DNA of 55,644 bases. Origin: a virus. Taxonomy: Duplodnaviria; Heunggongvirae; Uroviricota; Caudoviricetes. Where the stretch lies: IMG/VR virus record IMGVR_UViG_2537561830_000005; one strand, written 5' to 3'. This document shows, in pieces, positions 10,327-19,513 of this stretch (the first letter of the stretch is position 1; every line of letters starts with the position of its first letter). Made by a program: the position numbers and the translations under genes. The notes beneath the pieces are model-generated. The model ran no database searches, was not told the DNA's origin, and saw only the letters and a list, made by a program, of their open reading frames with translations.

Positions 10327-11397
10327 ATGGCTAACGCCTGGCTCAGATTATGGCATGACATGCCAAATGACCCTAAGTGGCGAACAATTGCCAGGGTGTC
10401 AGGGCAGCCAATTGCAACAGTGATGGCAGTGTATATCCACCTCCTGGTGAGCGCGTCACGAAATGTCACGCGAGGTCACATTGAGGTCACGACAGAAGAT
10501 TTGGCAAGTGCGCTCGACGTGACAGAAGAGGTAATTGATTCAATTTTGCAGACGATGCAGGGGCGGGTACTTGATGGTGATTTAATCACTGGATGGGAAA
10601 AACGCCAGGTGCTTAAAGAGGACAACGGCAATATTTCGCAAACCGCAAAATCTCCTGCAGAGCGCAAGAGGGCGCAGCGAGAGAGGGAAAGAAAGCGGGA
10701 ACAAAATGGCGATTGTCACGGCGCGTCACGAAATGTCACGCATATGTCACGACGAGTCACGACAGATAAAGATACAGATAAAGATACAGATCAAGAAGAT
10801 CAAAACACTATGGTCCATGGCGTAAAAAACGCCACGAACCAGGCAGGGGATGTTCAGACCGTCAATCTTGGTCAGCCAGCAGGCACGACACCGGAAGCCG
10901 ATTCAGCGTATGCGCTGAAAGCCGATTCGGGCGCTGTGCAGCAGGTGATGACCGCAAGGCCGGAGCAATCACACCAACTGCAGCAGCCCGAAGCCGATTC
11001 CGCCATTCAGCGGGAAGCCGATCGGGTAGTCCCGGAAAACACCGGGCAGTCTGTGGGACGAGTGGATTATCCGGATGTGTTCGAACAGGTCTGGCGGGAG
11101 TACCCGTTGCGTGCTGGGGCAAACCCGAAGAAATCCGCTTTCAGTGCCTGGAAGGCCAGATTACGCGAGGGGGTGCCACCAGAGGCCATGCTGGATGGCG
11201 TGAGGCGTTACGCAAGATACTTGGCGGCTACCGGGAAAACGGGAACGGAATTTGTTCAGCGAGCGACGACGTTTTTTGGACCGGACCGGAATTTTGAGAA
11301 CCCCTGGTTGCTCCCGGTAAGCGGCACGAACAACCAGCGTTGTGTGAATCATATTTCTGAACCGGATAACGAAATTCCGCCGGGCTTCAGGGGGTAA
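10327..11397 (+). CDS. ydaU: replication initiator-like protein (lambda O-like position)
   Basis: Product MANAWLRLWHDMPNDPKWRTIARVSGQPIA...; AAGAGG RBS 6 nt upstream of the ATG; contains the iteron clusters below. Confidence 0.8.
   Translation: MANAWLRLWHDMPNDPKWRTIARVSGQPIATVMAVYIHLLVSASRNVTRGHIEVTTEDLASALDVTEEVIDSILQTMQGRVLDGDLITGWEKRQVLKEDNGNISQTAKSPAERKRAQRERERKREQNGDCHGASRNVTHMSRRVTTDKDTDKDTDQEDQNTMVHGVKNATNQAGDVQTVNLGQPAGTTPEADSAYALKADSGAVQQVMTARPEQSHQLQQPEADSAIQREADRVVPENTGQSVGRVDYPDVFEQVWREYPLRAGANPKKSAFSAWKARLREGVPPEAMLDGVRRYARYLAATGKTGTEFVQRATTFFGPDRNFENPWLLPVSGTNNQRCVNHISEPDNEIPPGFRG
10455..10490. repeat. iteron-like cluster 1: four GTCAC motifs at 10-11 bp spacing
   Basis: GTCAC at 10455, 10465, 10475 and 10486, inside ydaU. 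Confidence 0.5.
10715..10790. repeat. iteron-like cluster 2: five GTCAC motifs plus a GATAAAGATACA tandem
   Basis: GTCAC at 10715, 10725, 10735, 10746 and 10756, then GATAAAGATACAGATAAAGATACA at 10765-10790. Confidence 0.5.
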
Positions 11398-11437
11398 GTG
11401 TTAATTTCTGGTCATGAGGTAATTTTCAGGAGGGCTT

Positions 11438-11860
11438 GTGGCAAAAGTTTTTACACAAGAAGAGCGGGAAAAAATTAAAGGGCAGGTTCTTGAACTCGTA
11501 CGCCAGAGTGGGCGCGAGACGTTACGACAACTGGAAGCTAAAACTGGGGCAACAAGATATCTGATGAGCGTTCTGGCCAGAGAGCTGGTTGCCAGTGGCG
11601 ATGTATACAATTCTGGCTACGGGTTATTCCCGTCTGAACAGGCTCGTAAAGACTGGCAAAATGCCCGCAAAAAATTATCGAGGGCAAAGCTGAAGAAACC
11701 GGTTGTGGTTGATCCGGACCTTATCTGGTCATTACCTGACGGAGAAATACGTCGCTACGACAGTCGCCTAAACATAATCTGTCGCGAGTGCCGGAAGAGC
11801 GAAGTTATGCAGCGCATATTGTCGTTTTATCAGGGGGATGTTCGGTATTTATTGAAGTGA
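11438..11860 (+). CDS. hypothetical 140-aa protein in the position of the DnaC-like ydaV
   Basis: GTG start with a CAGGAGGG RBS 3 nt upstream; no recognisable Walker motifs. Confidence 0.6.
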   Translation: MAKVFTQEEREKIKGQVLELVRQSGRETLRQLEAKTGATRYLMSVLARELVASGDVYNSGYGLFPSEQARKDWQNARKKLSRAKLKKPVVVDPDLIWSLPDGEIRRYDSRLNIICRECRKSEVMQRILSFYQGDVRYLLK

Positions 11861-11928
11861 CGAGATTAAAGTGCATTAGTTCAGATGCAAATTGACATTT
11901 TGTGGCACAGGGTAGAGCTAGCGTGGTT

Positions 11929-11952
11929 GTCCGCTTTGTGCCAAGAGCAGAC
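11929..11952. repeat. 24-bp imperfect palindrome GTCCGCTTTGTGCCAAGAGCAGAC (copy 1)
   Basis: Near-identical to the copy at 15602-15625. Confidence 0.4.
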
Positions 11953-12194
11953 GCTGGTAATTCGTGCCTAATATACTTCACTTAACTTATATCCCAGCTT
12001 TGATACAGATCATACAAATTAAATGCCCCAGTAATTGGCAGGCTGAGTAACTTAAAACTCCTTAGAATATAGGATGATTTGTATCGGCACTCATTCCACC
12101 ATGCATTCCGATTAACCCCGCATAGCCAGTTGAACTTTGCTACTCTGTGAGAGGTAGTACCTTCTATCCAGTGCGGATTTAATTAATGGAATAA

Positions 12195-14198
12195 ATGATT
12201 ATGAGTGAAAATGATACAACCCCAAAGAAGTCTACAAGCCAGATTAACAAAGCGGTATTCTTTACATCTGCTTTGCTAATTTTCCTTCTTGTCGCCTTTG
12301 CCGCCGTATTCCCGGATGTCGCCGACAAAAATTTTAAACTACTTCAGCAACAAATCTTCACGAATGCCAGCTGGTTCTACATACTTGCTGTGGCCCTGAT
12401 TTTACTGAGCGTCACGTTCCTTGGACTCTCACGTTACGGTGATATAAAGCTGGGCCCAGACCATGCGCAGCCTGATTTCAGCTACCACTCCTGGTTCGCG
12501 ATGCTTTTTTCGGCAGGGATGGGGATCGGCCTGATGTTCTTTGGCGTTGCCGAACCTGTGATGCATTATCTTTCGCCACCTGTCGGCACTCCAGAGACCG
12601 TTGCGGCAGCGAAGGAAGCCATGCGCCTGACGTTCTTCCACTGGGGTCTGCACGCATGGGCAATTTATGCCATCGTGGCGCTGATTCTGGCCTTTTTCAG
12701 TTACCGTCACGGTCTGCCTTTAACGCTGCGTTCTGCGCTCTATCCCATTATCGGCGATCGCATTTACGGGCCTATAGGCCACGCGGTTGATATCTTCGCC
12801 GTGATAGGCACTGTCTTTGGCGTTGCAACATCGCTGGGTTACGGTGTATTGCAGGTGAATGCCGGTTTGAACCATCTTTTCGGCGTGCCCATCAATGAAA
12901 CGGTACAGGTCATTTTGATCGTGGTCATCACGGGGTTAGCGACGATTTCGGTGGTGTCCGGCCTGGACAAGGGAATACGCATCCTGTCTGAGCTTAATCT
13001 GGGCCTGGCGGTGTTGCTCCTGGCGCTGGTCTTGTGCCTGGGTCCCACTGTGCTTCTGCTGAAGTCATTTGTGGAAAATACGGGTGGTTATCTGTCGGAA
13101 CTGGTGAGTAAAACGTTCAACCTTTACGCGTATGAACCCAAGTCGAGCAACTGGCTGGGGGGCTGGACATTATTATACTGGGGATGGTGGCTTTCATGGT
13201 CGCCGTTTGTAGGTATGTTCATTGCACGCGTTTCCCGCGGCAGGACAATTCGTGAGTTCGTGACTGGCGTGTTGTTTGTTCCCGCCGGCTTTACGCTCAT
13301 GTGGATGACGGTGTTTGGAAACAGCGCCATCTATCTCATCATGAACCAGGGCGCCACTGACCTCGCCAATACCGTTCAGCAGGATGTTGCGCTTGCCCTG
13401 TTTAATTTCCTGGAGCATTTCCCGTTCTCTTCCGTGCTGTCATTCATTGCAATGGCGATGGTCATCGTCTTCTTTGTAACGTCTGCTGATTCGGGGGCAA
13501 TGGTTGTGGATACTCTGGCATCAGGTGGGGTGGCAAACACGCCCGTCTGGCAGCGAATTTTCTGGGCATCGCTCATGGGCGTTGTTGCTATTGCCCTGCT
13601 GATCGCAGGGGGGCTGAGTGCGTTGCAAACCGTAACGATAGCGAGTGCATTGCCCTTCTCAGTTATCTTATTAATATCCATATACGGACTGTTAAAAGCC
13701 CTGCGTCGGGATTTGACCAAGCGTGAAAGCCTTAGCATGGCGACTATTGCTCCTACGGCTGCACGTAACCCAATTCCCTGGCAGAGAAGGTTACGCAATA
13801 TCGCGTATTTGCCGAAGCGCTCTCTTGTGAAACGTTTTATGGACGACATTATCCAACCCGCCATGACGCTGGTTCAGGAGGAACTTAACAAGCAGGGAAC
13901 GATAAGCCACATCAGTGACGCCGCCGAGGATCGTATTCGCCTTGAAGTCGATTTGGGCAACGAGCTGAATTATATATATGAAGTGAGGCTTCGCGGGTAT
14001 AACTCACCGACCTTCGCGCTCGCTGCGCTGGATAATGATGAGCAGCAGAGTGAACAACATCGATATTATCGCGCTGAAGTCTATCTCAAAGAGGGCGGCC
14101 AAAATTATGATGTAATGGGCTGGAATCAGGAACAGCTGATTAATGACATACTGGACCAGTACGAAAAACACCTGCACTTCCTGCATCTGGTTCGTTAA
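12195..14198 (+). CDS. BCCT-family transporter, BetT-like with long C-terminal domain
   Basis: 667-aa ORF with the BCCT tryptophan-rich signature (WTLLYWGWWLSWSPFVG) and strong resemblance to E. coli BetT. Confidence 0.9.
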   Translation: MIMSENDTTPKKSTSQINKAVFFTSALLIFLLVAFAAVFPDVADKNFKLLQQQIFTNASWFYILAVALILLSVTFLGLSRYGDIKLGPDHAQPDFSYHSWFAMLFSAGMGIGLMFFGVAEPVMHYLSPPVGTPETVAAAKEAMRLTFFHWGLHAWAIYAIVALILAFFSYRHGLPLTLRSALYPIIGDRIYGPIGHAVDIFAVIGTVFGVATSLGYGVLQVNAGLNHLFGVPINETVQVILIVVITGLATISVVSGLDKGIRILSELNLGLAVLLLALVLCLGPTVLLLKSFVENTGGYLSELVSKTFNLYAYEPKSSNWLGGWTLLYWGWWLSWSPFVGMFIARVSRGRTIREFVTGVLFVPAGFTLMWMTVFGNSAIYLIMNQGATDLANTVQQDVALALFNFLEHFPFSSVLSFIAMAMVIVFFVTSADSGAMVVDTLASGGVANTPVWQRIFWASLMGVVAIALLIAGGLSALQTVTIASALPFSVILLISIYGLLKALRRDLTKRESLSMATIAPTAARNPIPWQRRLRNIAYLPKRSLVKRFMDDIIQPAMTLVQEELNKQGTISHISDAAEDRIRLEVDLGNELNYIYEVRLRGYNSPTFALAALDNDEQQSEQHRYYRAEVYLKEGGQNYDVMGWNQEQLINDILDQYEKHLHFLHLVR

Positions 14199-14206
14199 CA
14201 GCAACA

Positions 14207-14233
14207 TGCCGCCACAGAGGCGGCATTTATTTA
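14207..14233 (+). terminator. rho-independent terminator after the BCCT gene
   Basis: Hairpin TGCCGCC-ACAGA-GGCGGCA followed by a T-rich run. Confidence 0.55.
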
Positions 14234-14246
14234 TCCCGGCTGCAAT

Positions 14247-15539
14247 ATGAGGGAATGCAGAATGATTTCACGCTGGAAATGGATGCTGAAGCAGACATTT
14301 AAAAAACTATGGTTCAGGGCAACGTTATTCGCAATTGTCGCAATAATAACGGCCCTTTTATCAATTCTTTTTAAATCAATGATACCTGAGTCGGTTTCCG
14401 TGAAGGTTGGTGCGGAAGCAGTCGATAACATTCTGAACATACTGGCATCGAGTATGCTGGCAGTGACCACATTTTCGCTGAGCATCATGGTCACAGCCTA
14501 CGGTTCAGCCACTACTAATGTGACTCCCAGAGCTACTCGTTTAGTTGTTGAAGACGTCACCACACAAAATGTACTGGCCACCTTCATCGGTTCTTTTCTC
14601 TTCAGTCTGGTAGGGATTATTGCCCTCAATATGGGAGCTTATGGAGAAAGGGGGAGAGTCATTTTATTCATTGTAACACTGGTTGTCATTGCCTTAATCC
14701 TCATCACATTGCTTCGCTGGATACAGCATTTGACCTCTCTGGGGAGGGTTGGTGAGACAACGGCAAAAGTAGAACAGGCGGCCATCGAAACATTTATTGC
14801 GAGAGCAAGAAATCCCTGTCTCGGCGGATATCCATGGCTTGAGAACAATGAACAGCCGAAAGGAACGGTTGCAGTTTATCCGAAAAAGATTGGCTATATT
14901 GAATATGTTGATATGGTGAAACTCAGCAAGCTGCTGACCAATGATCCCCGTCATGTATACCTCGTGGCGCAGCCGGGCAGTTTCATACATCCGTCCACGC
15001 CAGTTTTGTACCTGAGTCAGGGCCAGGAGTCATCAATCAGCACCGATTTACTTGAGACGATTATTGTCTCGGATGTACGTTCATTTGCTCAGGACCCCCG
15101 ATTTTGTCTTAGCGTCATGGCCGAAATAGCCTGCCGAGCCCTTTCCCCCGCAGTGAACGATCCTGGAACCGCCATTGATGTCATTGGCAGAGGTGTACGT
15201 ATACTTTCCGCTTACGCGCAGAATAAATCTGATGAAATAGAAGTGAAATATCCTTCTGTACATGTTGCACCACTTCAGAATAACGATCTACTTGAAGACT
15301 TTTTCTCACCTGTTGCGCGCGATGGTGCCAGTATGAGGGAAATTCAGATAAGGGTACTTAAAGGACTGTCGATGCTGAGTAAGGGTTGGCCTGGAATTTT
15401 TGCTGAAGCCGCACAAACCCTAGCATTTGAAACATTAGAGCATGCTACTCGTGCTGACCATATAGATTCTGACAGATATCTAATAAAATCAATTTATTAT
15501 AATTTATTTAGTGGCGAAGATTCTAATAAAAAACCATAG
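14247..15539 (+). CDS. membrane protein with N-terminal TM helices and C-terminal soluble domain (possibly DUF2254)
   Basis: 430-aa ORF; hydrophobic segments in the first ~160 aa; alternative ATG at 14262; family name is tentative. Confidence 0.7.
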   Translation: MRECRMISRWKWMLKQTFKKLWFRATLFAIVAIITALLSILFKSMIPESVSVKVGAEAVDNILNILASSMLAVTTFSLSIMVTAYGSATTNVTPRATRLVVEDVTTQNVLATFIGSFLFSLVGIIALNMGAYGERGRVILFIVTLVVIALILITLLRWIQHLTSLGRVGETTAKVEQAAIETFIARARNPCLGGYPWLENNEQPKGTVAVYPKKIGYIEYVDMVKLSKLLTNDPRHVYLVAQPGSFIHPSTPVLYLSQGQESSISTDLLETIIVSDVRSFAQDPRFCLSVMAEIACRALSPAVNDPGTAIDVIGRGVRILSAYAQNKSDEIEVKYPSVHVAPLQNNDLLEDFFSPVARDGASMREIQIRVLKGLSMLSKGWPGIFAEAAQTLAFETLEHATRADHIDSDRYLIKSIYYNLFSGEDSNKKP

Positions 15540-15601
15540 TTGCGGAGCAAGCGATACGGTTGTTGGCAAGTCAAGGGCAAAGCATTCGCGTGAGAGTGGG
15601 C

Positions 15602-15625
15602 GTCTGCTTTGTGCCAGAAGCGGAC
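15602..15625. repeat. 24-bp imperfect palindrome GTCTGCTTTGTGCCAGAAGCGGAC (copy 2)
   Basis: Lies between the convergent ends of the membrane-protein and LysR genes; a looser hairpin GTCCGCT-N10-AGCGGAC sits at 18668-18691. Confidence 0.4.
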
Positions 15626-15669
15626 ATACGTAACTTATGATACGCATCGCCAATCATCCGTTTCAAACA

Positions 15670-16551
15670 TCAACGCGGAAACGTTTTAAGAATGTAATCC
15701 CGAACATAGGCGGTTCGGCTGTTATTAGCCGTCCTTTTGTTCCAGACCAGATAAAGATGATTAGTCGGAGCGAGGTCTGCAGGTGTCACTGAAATCAGGC
15801 GACCACTTTTCAGGTCATTGTCACAGTGATAATCCGGCAGCACTGTCCACCCGTGGCCGTCACAGACCAAGTCGCGGATAATACGTAAATCCGGAATGGT
15901 GAATGTAGCCTGCATCTCAGGGGCTCTCTGAAACATGGAGGCCCAGAGCGCTCTAATCAGTGGCAACTCTTCGTCATAAGCAATCAGCGGTAATGAGGCA
16001 AGCGTTTCAGCACCAGGTTCTGATCCGATGATCTCTGACATGGCGGGAGCATGAACAAGGAGCATGCGTTCAGTCAGTAGATGTGCATAGCCGTACAGAC
16101 GGTCATCAGGCATAGATGCGGTAACAGCGAGATCGGCGCTCCCGTCATGCAAAAGGGAATAAATACGTTGCTTATTGCCGGTATGAAAGCGTAGGCGATA
16201 CCCCTCCTTCATTAGTGGAGCCATTACTGTCCCAAGCCGGGAATGAATAAAATCTGGCGGTCCTGCCAGATTAATTGTTCCCCCACGTACAGAGCCTGAC
16301 CGGAAAGAGGACAGCTTTTCTTCCAGACCATCAATGAAGGGTGAAACTGAGCGGGCAAGCTCATCCGCAGCTTCGGTTGCCGTCACGCCTCTGGCCTGCC
16401 TGATAAACAGACGCTTACCAACCAGAGTCTCAAGAGACTGGATATGCTGTGACGCCGCGGGCTGAGTGATGCCCAGTAGTTCTGCCGCCTTTGAAAAGGA
16501 GCCAGAGCGATAGGCCTCAAGAAACGTTCGCAGATGGCTCAGATGGCTCAT
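15670..16551 (-). CDS. LysR-family transcriptional regulator
   Basis: 293-aa ORF with an N-terminal HTH (FSKAAELLGITQPAASQHIQSLE); its ATG overlaps the upstream gene's stop (ATGA). Confidence 0.9.
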   Translation of the reverse strand: MSHLSHLRTFLEAYRSGSFSKAAELLGITQPAASQHIQSLETLVGKRLFIRQARGVTATEAADELARSVSPFIDGLEEKLSSFRSGSVRGGTINLAGPPDFIHSRLGTVMAPLMKEGYRLRFHTGNKQRIYSLLHDGSADLAVTASMPDDRLYGYAHLLTERMLLVHAPAMSEIIGSEPGAETLASLPLIAYDEELPLIRALWASMFQRAPEMQATFTIPDLRIIRDLVCDGHGWTVLPDYHCDNDLKSGRLISVTPADLAPTNHLYLVWNKRTANNSRTAYVRDYILKTFPR

Positions 16552-17240
16552 AGTGAAGCGCCTCGCTGATGAAGTTTATCGTTACAGGGAGCCTCATGCA
16601 GAGCAAGGGCCAGTTCACTCACGTAATCATCCCGTATTCCCAACGCACCCAGAGTGGCCTGCAGTTTCCATACATAATCTGCATTCGTGCCAATGTCTCC
16701 ACGGGCAGATGCGATGCTCAACGCTACGGTCGCTGTAAGATTGTCCTGTTCATAATGCGGATGCAGTCTGTCTGATACGAAAGCCAGCGCCTGAATTTCC
16801 TTACCGTTTCCTAGCGAAACGTCTGCCCAGACCGGACGGTAAAGACCGGTTATCATCTCGCGCGTCCAGACAATTTCCAGCTCATTAATAAGAGTCGATT
16901 CCGGCAGTCTGAACGCAATACCTTCGGTAATTCCACCTTCGTCGAGCGATAACATCCTGCCGGGGACATCAGGAGTCGCTCGTCCGGATATCAAACGAAT
17001 GCAGAAACTGCGCTGCCATCCTTTCAGACGGGCCCGTTGCATTTCTTCAATCGCCAGCACGGGATTCCACATCAATGACCCGTAGGCAAATATCCAGACA
17101 GGAGCACCCGTCGGGCGCTCCTCCAGAGTAGAGTTCATTGATGCGCGTATTTTTTCAGCGTCCCAGAGCATATTCGCCGGGAGCAGCGCTTCATGCACCC
17201 TGACAAATGTGCCATTAAGCATATTTTCACGGGTAAGCAT
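16548..17240 (-). CDS. ChaC-like gamma-glutamylcyclotransferase
   Basis: 230-aa ORF with the YGSLMWNP motif and overall resemblance to E. coli ChaC. Confidence 0.8.
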   Translation of the reverse strand: MLTRENMLNGTFVRVHEALLPANMLWDAEKIRASMNSTLEERPTGAPVWIFAYGSLMWNPVLAIEEMQRARLKGWQRSFCIRLISGRATPDVPGRMLSLDEGGITEGIAFRLPESTLINELEIVWTREMITGLYRPVWADVSLGNGKEIQALAFVSDRLHPHYEQDNLTATVALSIASARGDIGTNADYVWKLQATLGALGIRDDYVSELALALHEAPCNDKLHQRGASL

Positions 17241-17251
17241 ATAACCTCCCT

Positions 17252-18451
17252 TTACTGGCCTACGATTTTAACCTGTTGAAATTTACGACTGTGGCTGCGA
17301 CGGATTTGTGCAAGCAGCAACAGCAGGCCGAGCAGAGAAACAATCGCACCGCTGATACCGGTATACACGATACCGGCGTGGCTTATAGTAATGCTGCCCA
17401 GTACTGATCCCAGCGCTATACCTGAGTTGAAGCCCGCAATATTCAGGCCGGCAGCAACACCATGCGCATGAGGAGCATGTTGCTCAGCGACACCAATCAG
17501 ACGGGCCTGCAGTGCCGGCACTGCGGCAAATGTCACCATACCCAGTAGCGCAACCAGAATGCCCATGCTCACCGGTGAGGATGACAGCAGCCACATACCA
17601 AGCACGACAACAACAATGCCGCTAATGATGAGTATATTGGCACGATTAACCCCCATGCTGTCGGTAAGTTTCCCACCAAGAATATTACCTACCGCAGCTG
17701 TAATACCGTAAACCAGCATAAACAGACTCACCGTTGCTCCGGTAACCCCTGTCACCTGCGTCAGAATAGGTGCGATAAAGGTGTAATCCGTAAACGAGCC
17801 TGCATACGCCAGCACCGTAACCAGCGCGCCGGCCAGCAACTTACGGTTAAACAGCATGCCGATATTCTGCATTGCTGAGTCACTATGTTCACCGGGCACG
17901 CTGCGTACGGGATCTTTCATACCGAACAACAGTCCAAGGAATCCGAACGCGCCAAAAGCGGCAATAGCGCCGAGAACTGGACGCCATGAGACCACCCCCC
18001 CCAACCATGTACTCAGCGGTACGCCGATTGCCATCGCCAGAGTAAAGCCACCAAATACCACAGCCACCGCTCTGCCTGCTTTACCCGGTCCAGCAAGACG
18101 AGCTGCGGTACTGGATGCCGCAGCCAGAAACAGGCCGTGTCCCAGACCAGCAATGAACCGCGCTAACAGGAGCTGAGGTAATGTGGCTGCAAACGCGGCC
18201 GCCAGACTACCGGCAGTAAACACAACGGCAGTTGTAAGCATTACATTTTTCCGGCTCCAGCTTGCTGTCAGCGCAGACAGTACGGGTGCCGCGAACGTTG
18301 CCCCCAGTGCATAGGTTGTAACCGCTGCCCCGGTCTGCTCCACACCCACACACAACCCCTGAGCCATAACGTCTGTCAGCCCAATGGGGACAAATTCCGC
18401 GAGTCCGAGCGCAAAGGCACTGATAGTAAACACATAAATAACAAATGGCAT
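17252..18451 (-). CDS. MFS transporter, YdhP/AraJ-like
   Basis: 399-aa ORF with ~12 predicted TM segments; first gene of the MFS / ChaC-like / LysR operon. Confidence 0.9.
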   Translation of the reverse strand: MPFVIYVFTISAFALGLAEFVPIGLTDVMAQGLCVGVEQTGAAVTTYALGATFAAPVLSALTASWSRKNVMLTTAVVFTAGSLAAAFAATLPQLLLARFIAGLGHGLFLAAASSTAARLAGPGKAGRAVAVVFGGFTLAMAIGVPLSTWLGGVVSWRPVLGAIAAFGAFGFLGLLFGMKDPVRSVPGEHSDSAMQNIGMLFNRKLLAGALVTVLAYAGSFTDYTFIAPILTQVTGVTGATVSLFMLVYGITAAVGNILGGKLTDSMGVNRANILIISGIVVVVLGMWLLSSSPVSMGILVALLGMVTFAAVPALQARLIGVAEQHAPHAHGVAAGLNIAGFNSGIALGSVLGSITISHAGIVYTGISGAIVSLLGLLLLLAQIRRSHSRKFQQVKIVGQ

Positions 18452-18870
18452 GACTGGCTCCTGATTTAAGTAAGGAGTGCAGTCTGATTTAGAAAAACAG
18501 ATAAATAAAATAATGTAAACTTCAGGCGGGATAAAATTATTTATATCTAAGGCAAAGATTCAATATTCCCACAGCACACAGAAGTTTTCTGTCTTCAGGG
18601 AGAGGAGCTTCGAAAGTTCAGACGAAAAATTCCTGCGGCCCCTTTAAGAGTCAGTTGGCCGGGTTTGGTCCGCTCCTCGCTCAAAGCGGACTAGAAGGTT
18701 AGCTTGCGTCGGACTTGGCGTATTTAAAGAAGTGCTGGTGGTGACTGGTTGTTGTGTTCCATTTCTACAGAACAAAATCACAGAAACTATACCCAATAGT
18801 TATATTGAATCAATGATGAGACAGCCTCATATTTATCAGAACTGGTGTACGTCCAATACAGGAGGTTGTC

Positions 18871-18960
18871 GTGCTGGTTCTCAAATGTGCGCTAGCTATT
18901 GCGGCTGTAATGGCAATTTATTGTCTTGCTGTTGTTCTTATGGAGCGGCTTTCTGATTGA
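18871..18960 (+). CDS. candidate 29-aa hydrophobic small protein
   Basis: AGGAGG at 18860-18865, GTG at 18871; translation MLVLKCALAIAAVMAIYCLAVVLMERLSD; overlaps the Cys/Gly-rich track ORF 18732..18956 in another frame. Confidence 0.25.
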   Translation: MLVLKCALAIAAVMAIYCLAVVLMERLSD

Positions 18961-19174
18961 TTACATACTGGCTAGAAAAAAGGTGTTACCTTGGTTTATC
19001 TTTGTCCGGCAAGGTGCGCTCATTAATCTTAAGTAAATTTATTGCTCAAGTATTCAGATTACTTCTTATGGTTGAAGTCTCCTGTCAATGTAGAACCAAT
19101 ATATTTACAAAAATGAGACCCGTCGGGGATAGCCCTGCCGGGTCTGACTGTTAAAGCATTTTTAATATGATCAT

Positions 19175-19513
19175 CTATTTTTTGGTGCTATAGACTTTTT
19201 CGCCCGAGAAGTCTGGAGCGACCCAAAAGTTAATATTAAACTGAGCATCATCGCTTAGTTCAACACGGTGCCAGTATTGTGGTGGGCTTGTTGCAAAAGC
19301 GCCAGCATTAATGACTACTTTTATCTCCGGTTCAGTAGCATTCTCATCAGTAAAACCATAATATGTTACAGTGCCTTCCATTACGCACAACTGCCCAAAA
19401 ACACCTGCTGCTGTATTATGATGTGTTAATAACGCTGAAGGTACGTTCTCTTTTGTGAAGAACGGAGTTGAGCGTTTGATTACCCAATCTTTAGGAATTC
19501 TCTTGTGTGTCAT
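19175..19513 (-). CDS. YeaR-like DUF1971 protein
   Basis: Product MTHKRIPKDWVIKRSTPFF...; conserved pattern shared with E. coli YeaR (RSTPF..., FNI.F.VAP); GAGGTGG RBS. Confidence 0.8.
   Translation of the reverse strand: MTHKRIPKDWVIKRSTPFFTKENVPSALLTHHNTAAGVFGQLCVMEGTVTYYGFTDENATEPEIKVVINAGAFATSPPQYWHRVELSDDAQFNINFWVAPDFSGEKVYSTKK

Noticed and set aside
12429-13864. Several minus-strand ORFs of 61-162 aa
   Set aside because: Antisense within the BCCT transporter gene, which has clear family signatures and membrane topology.
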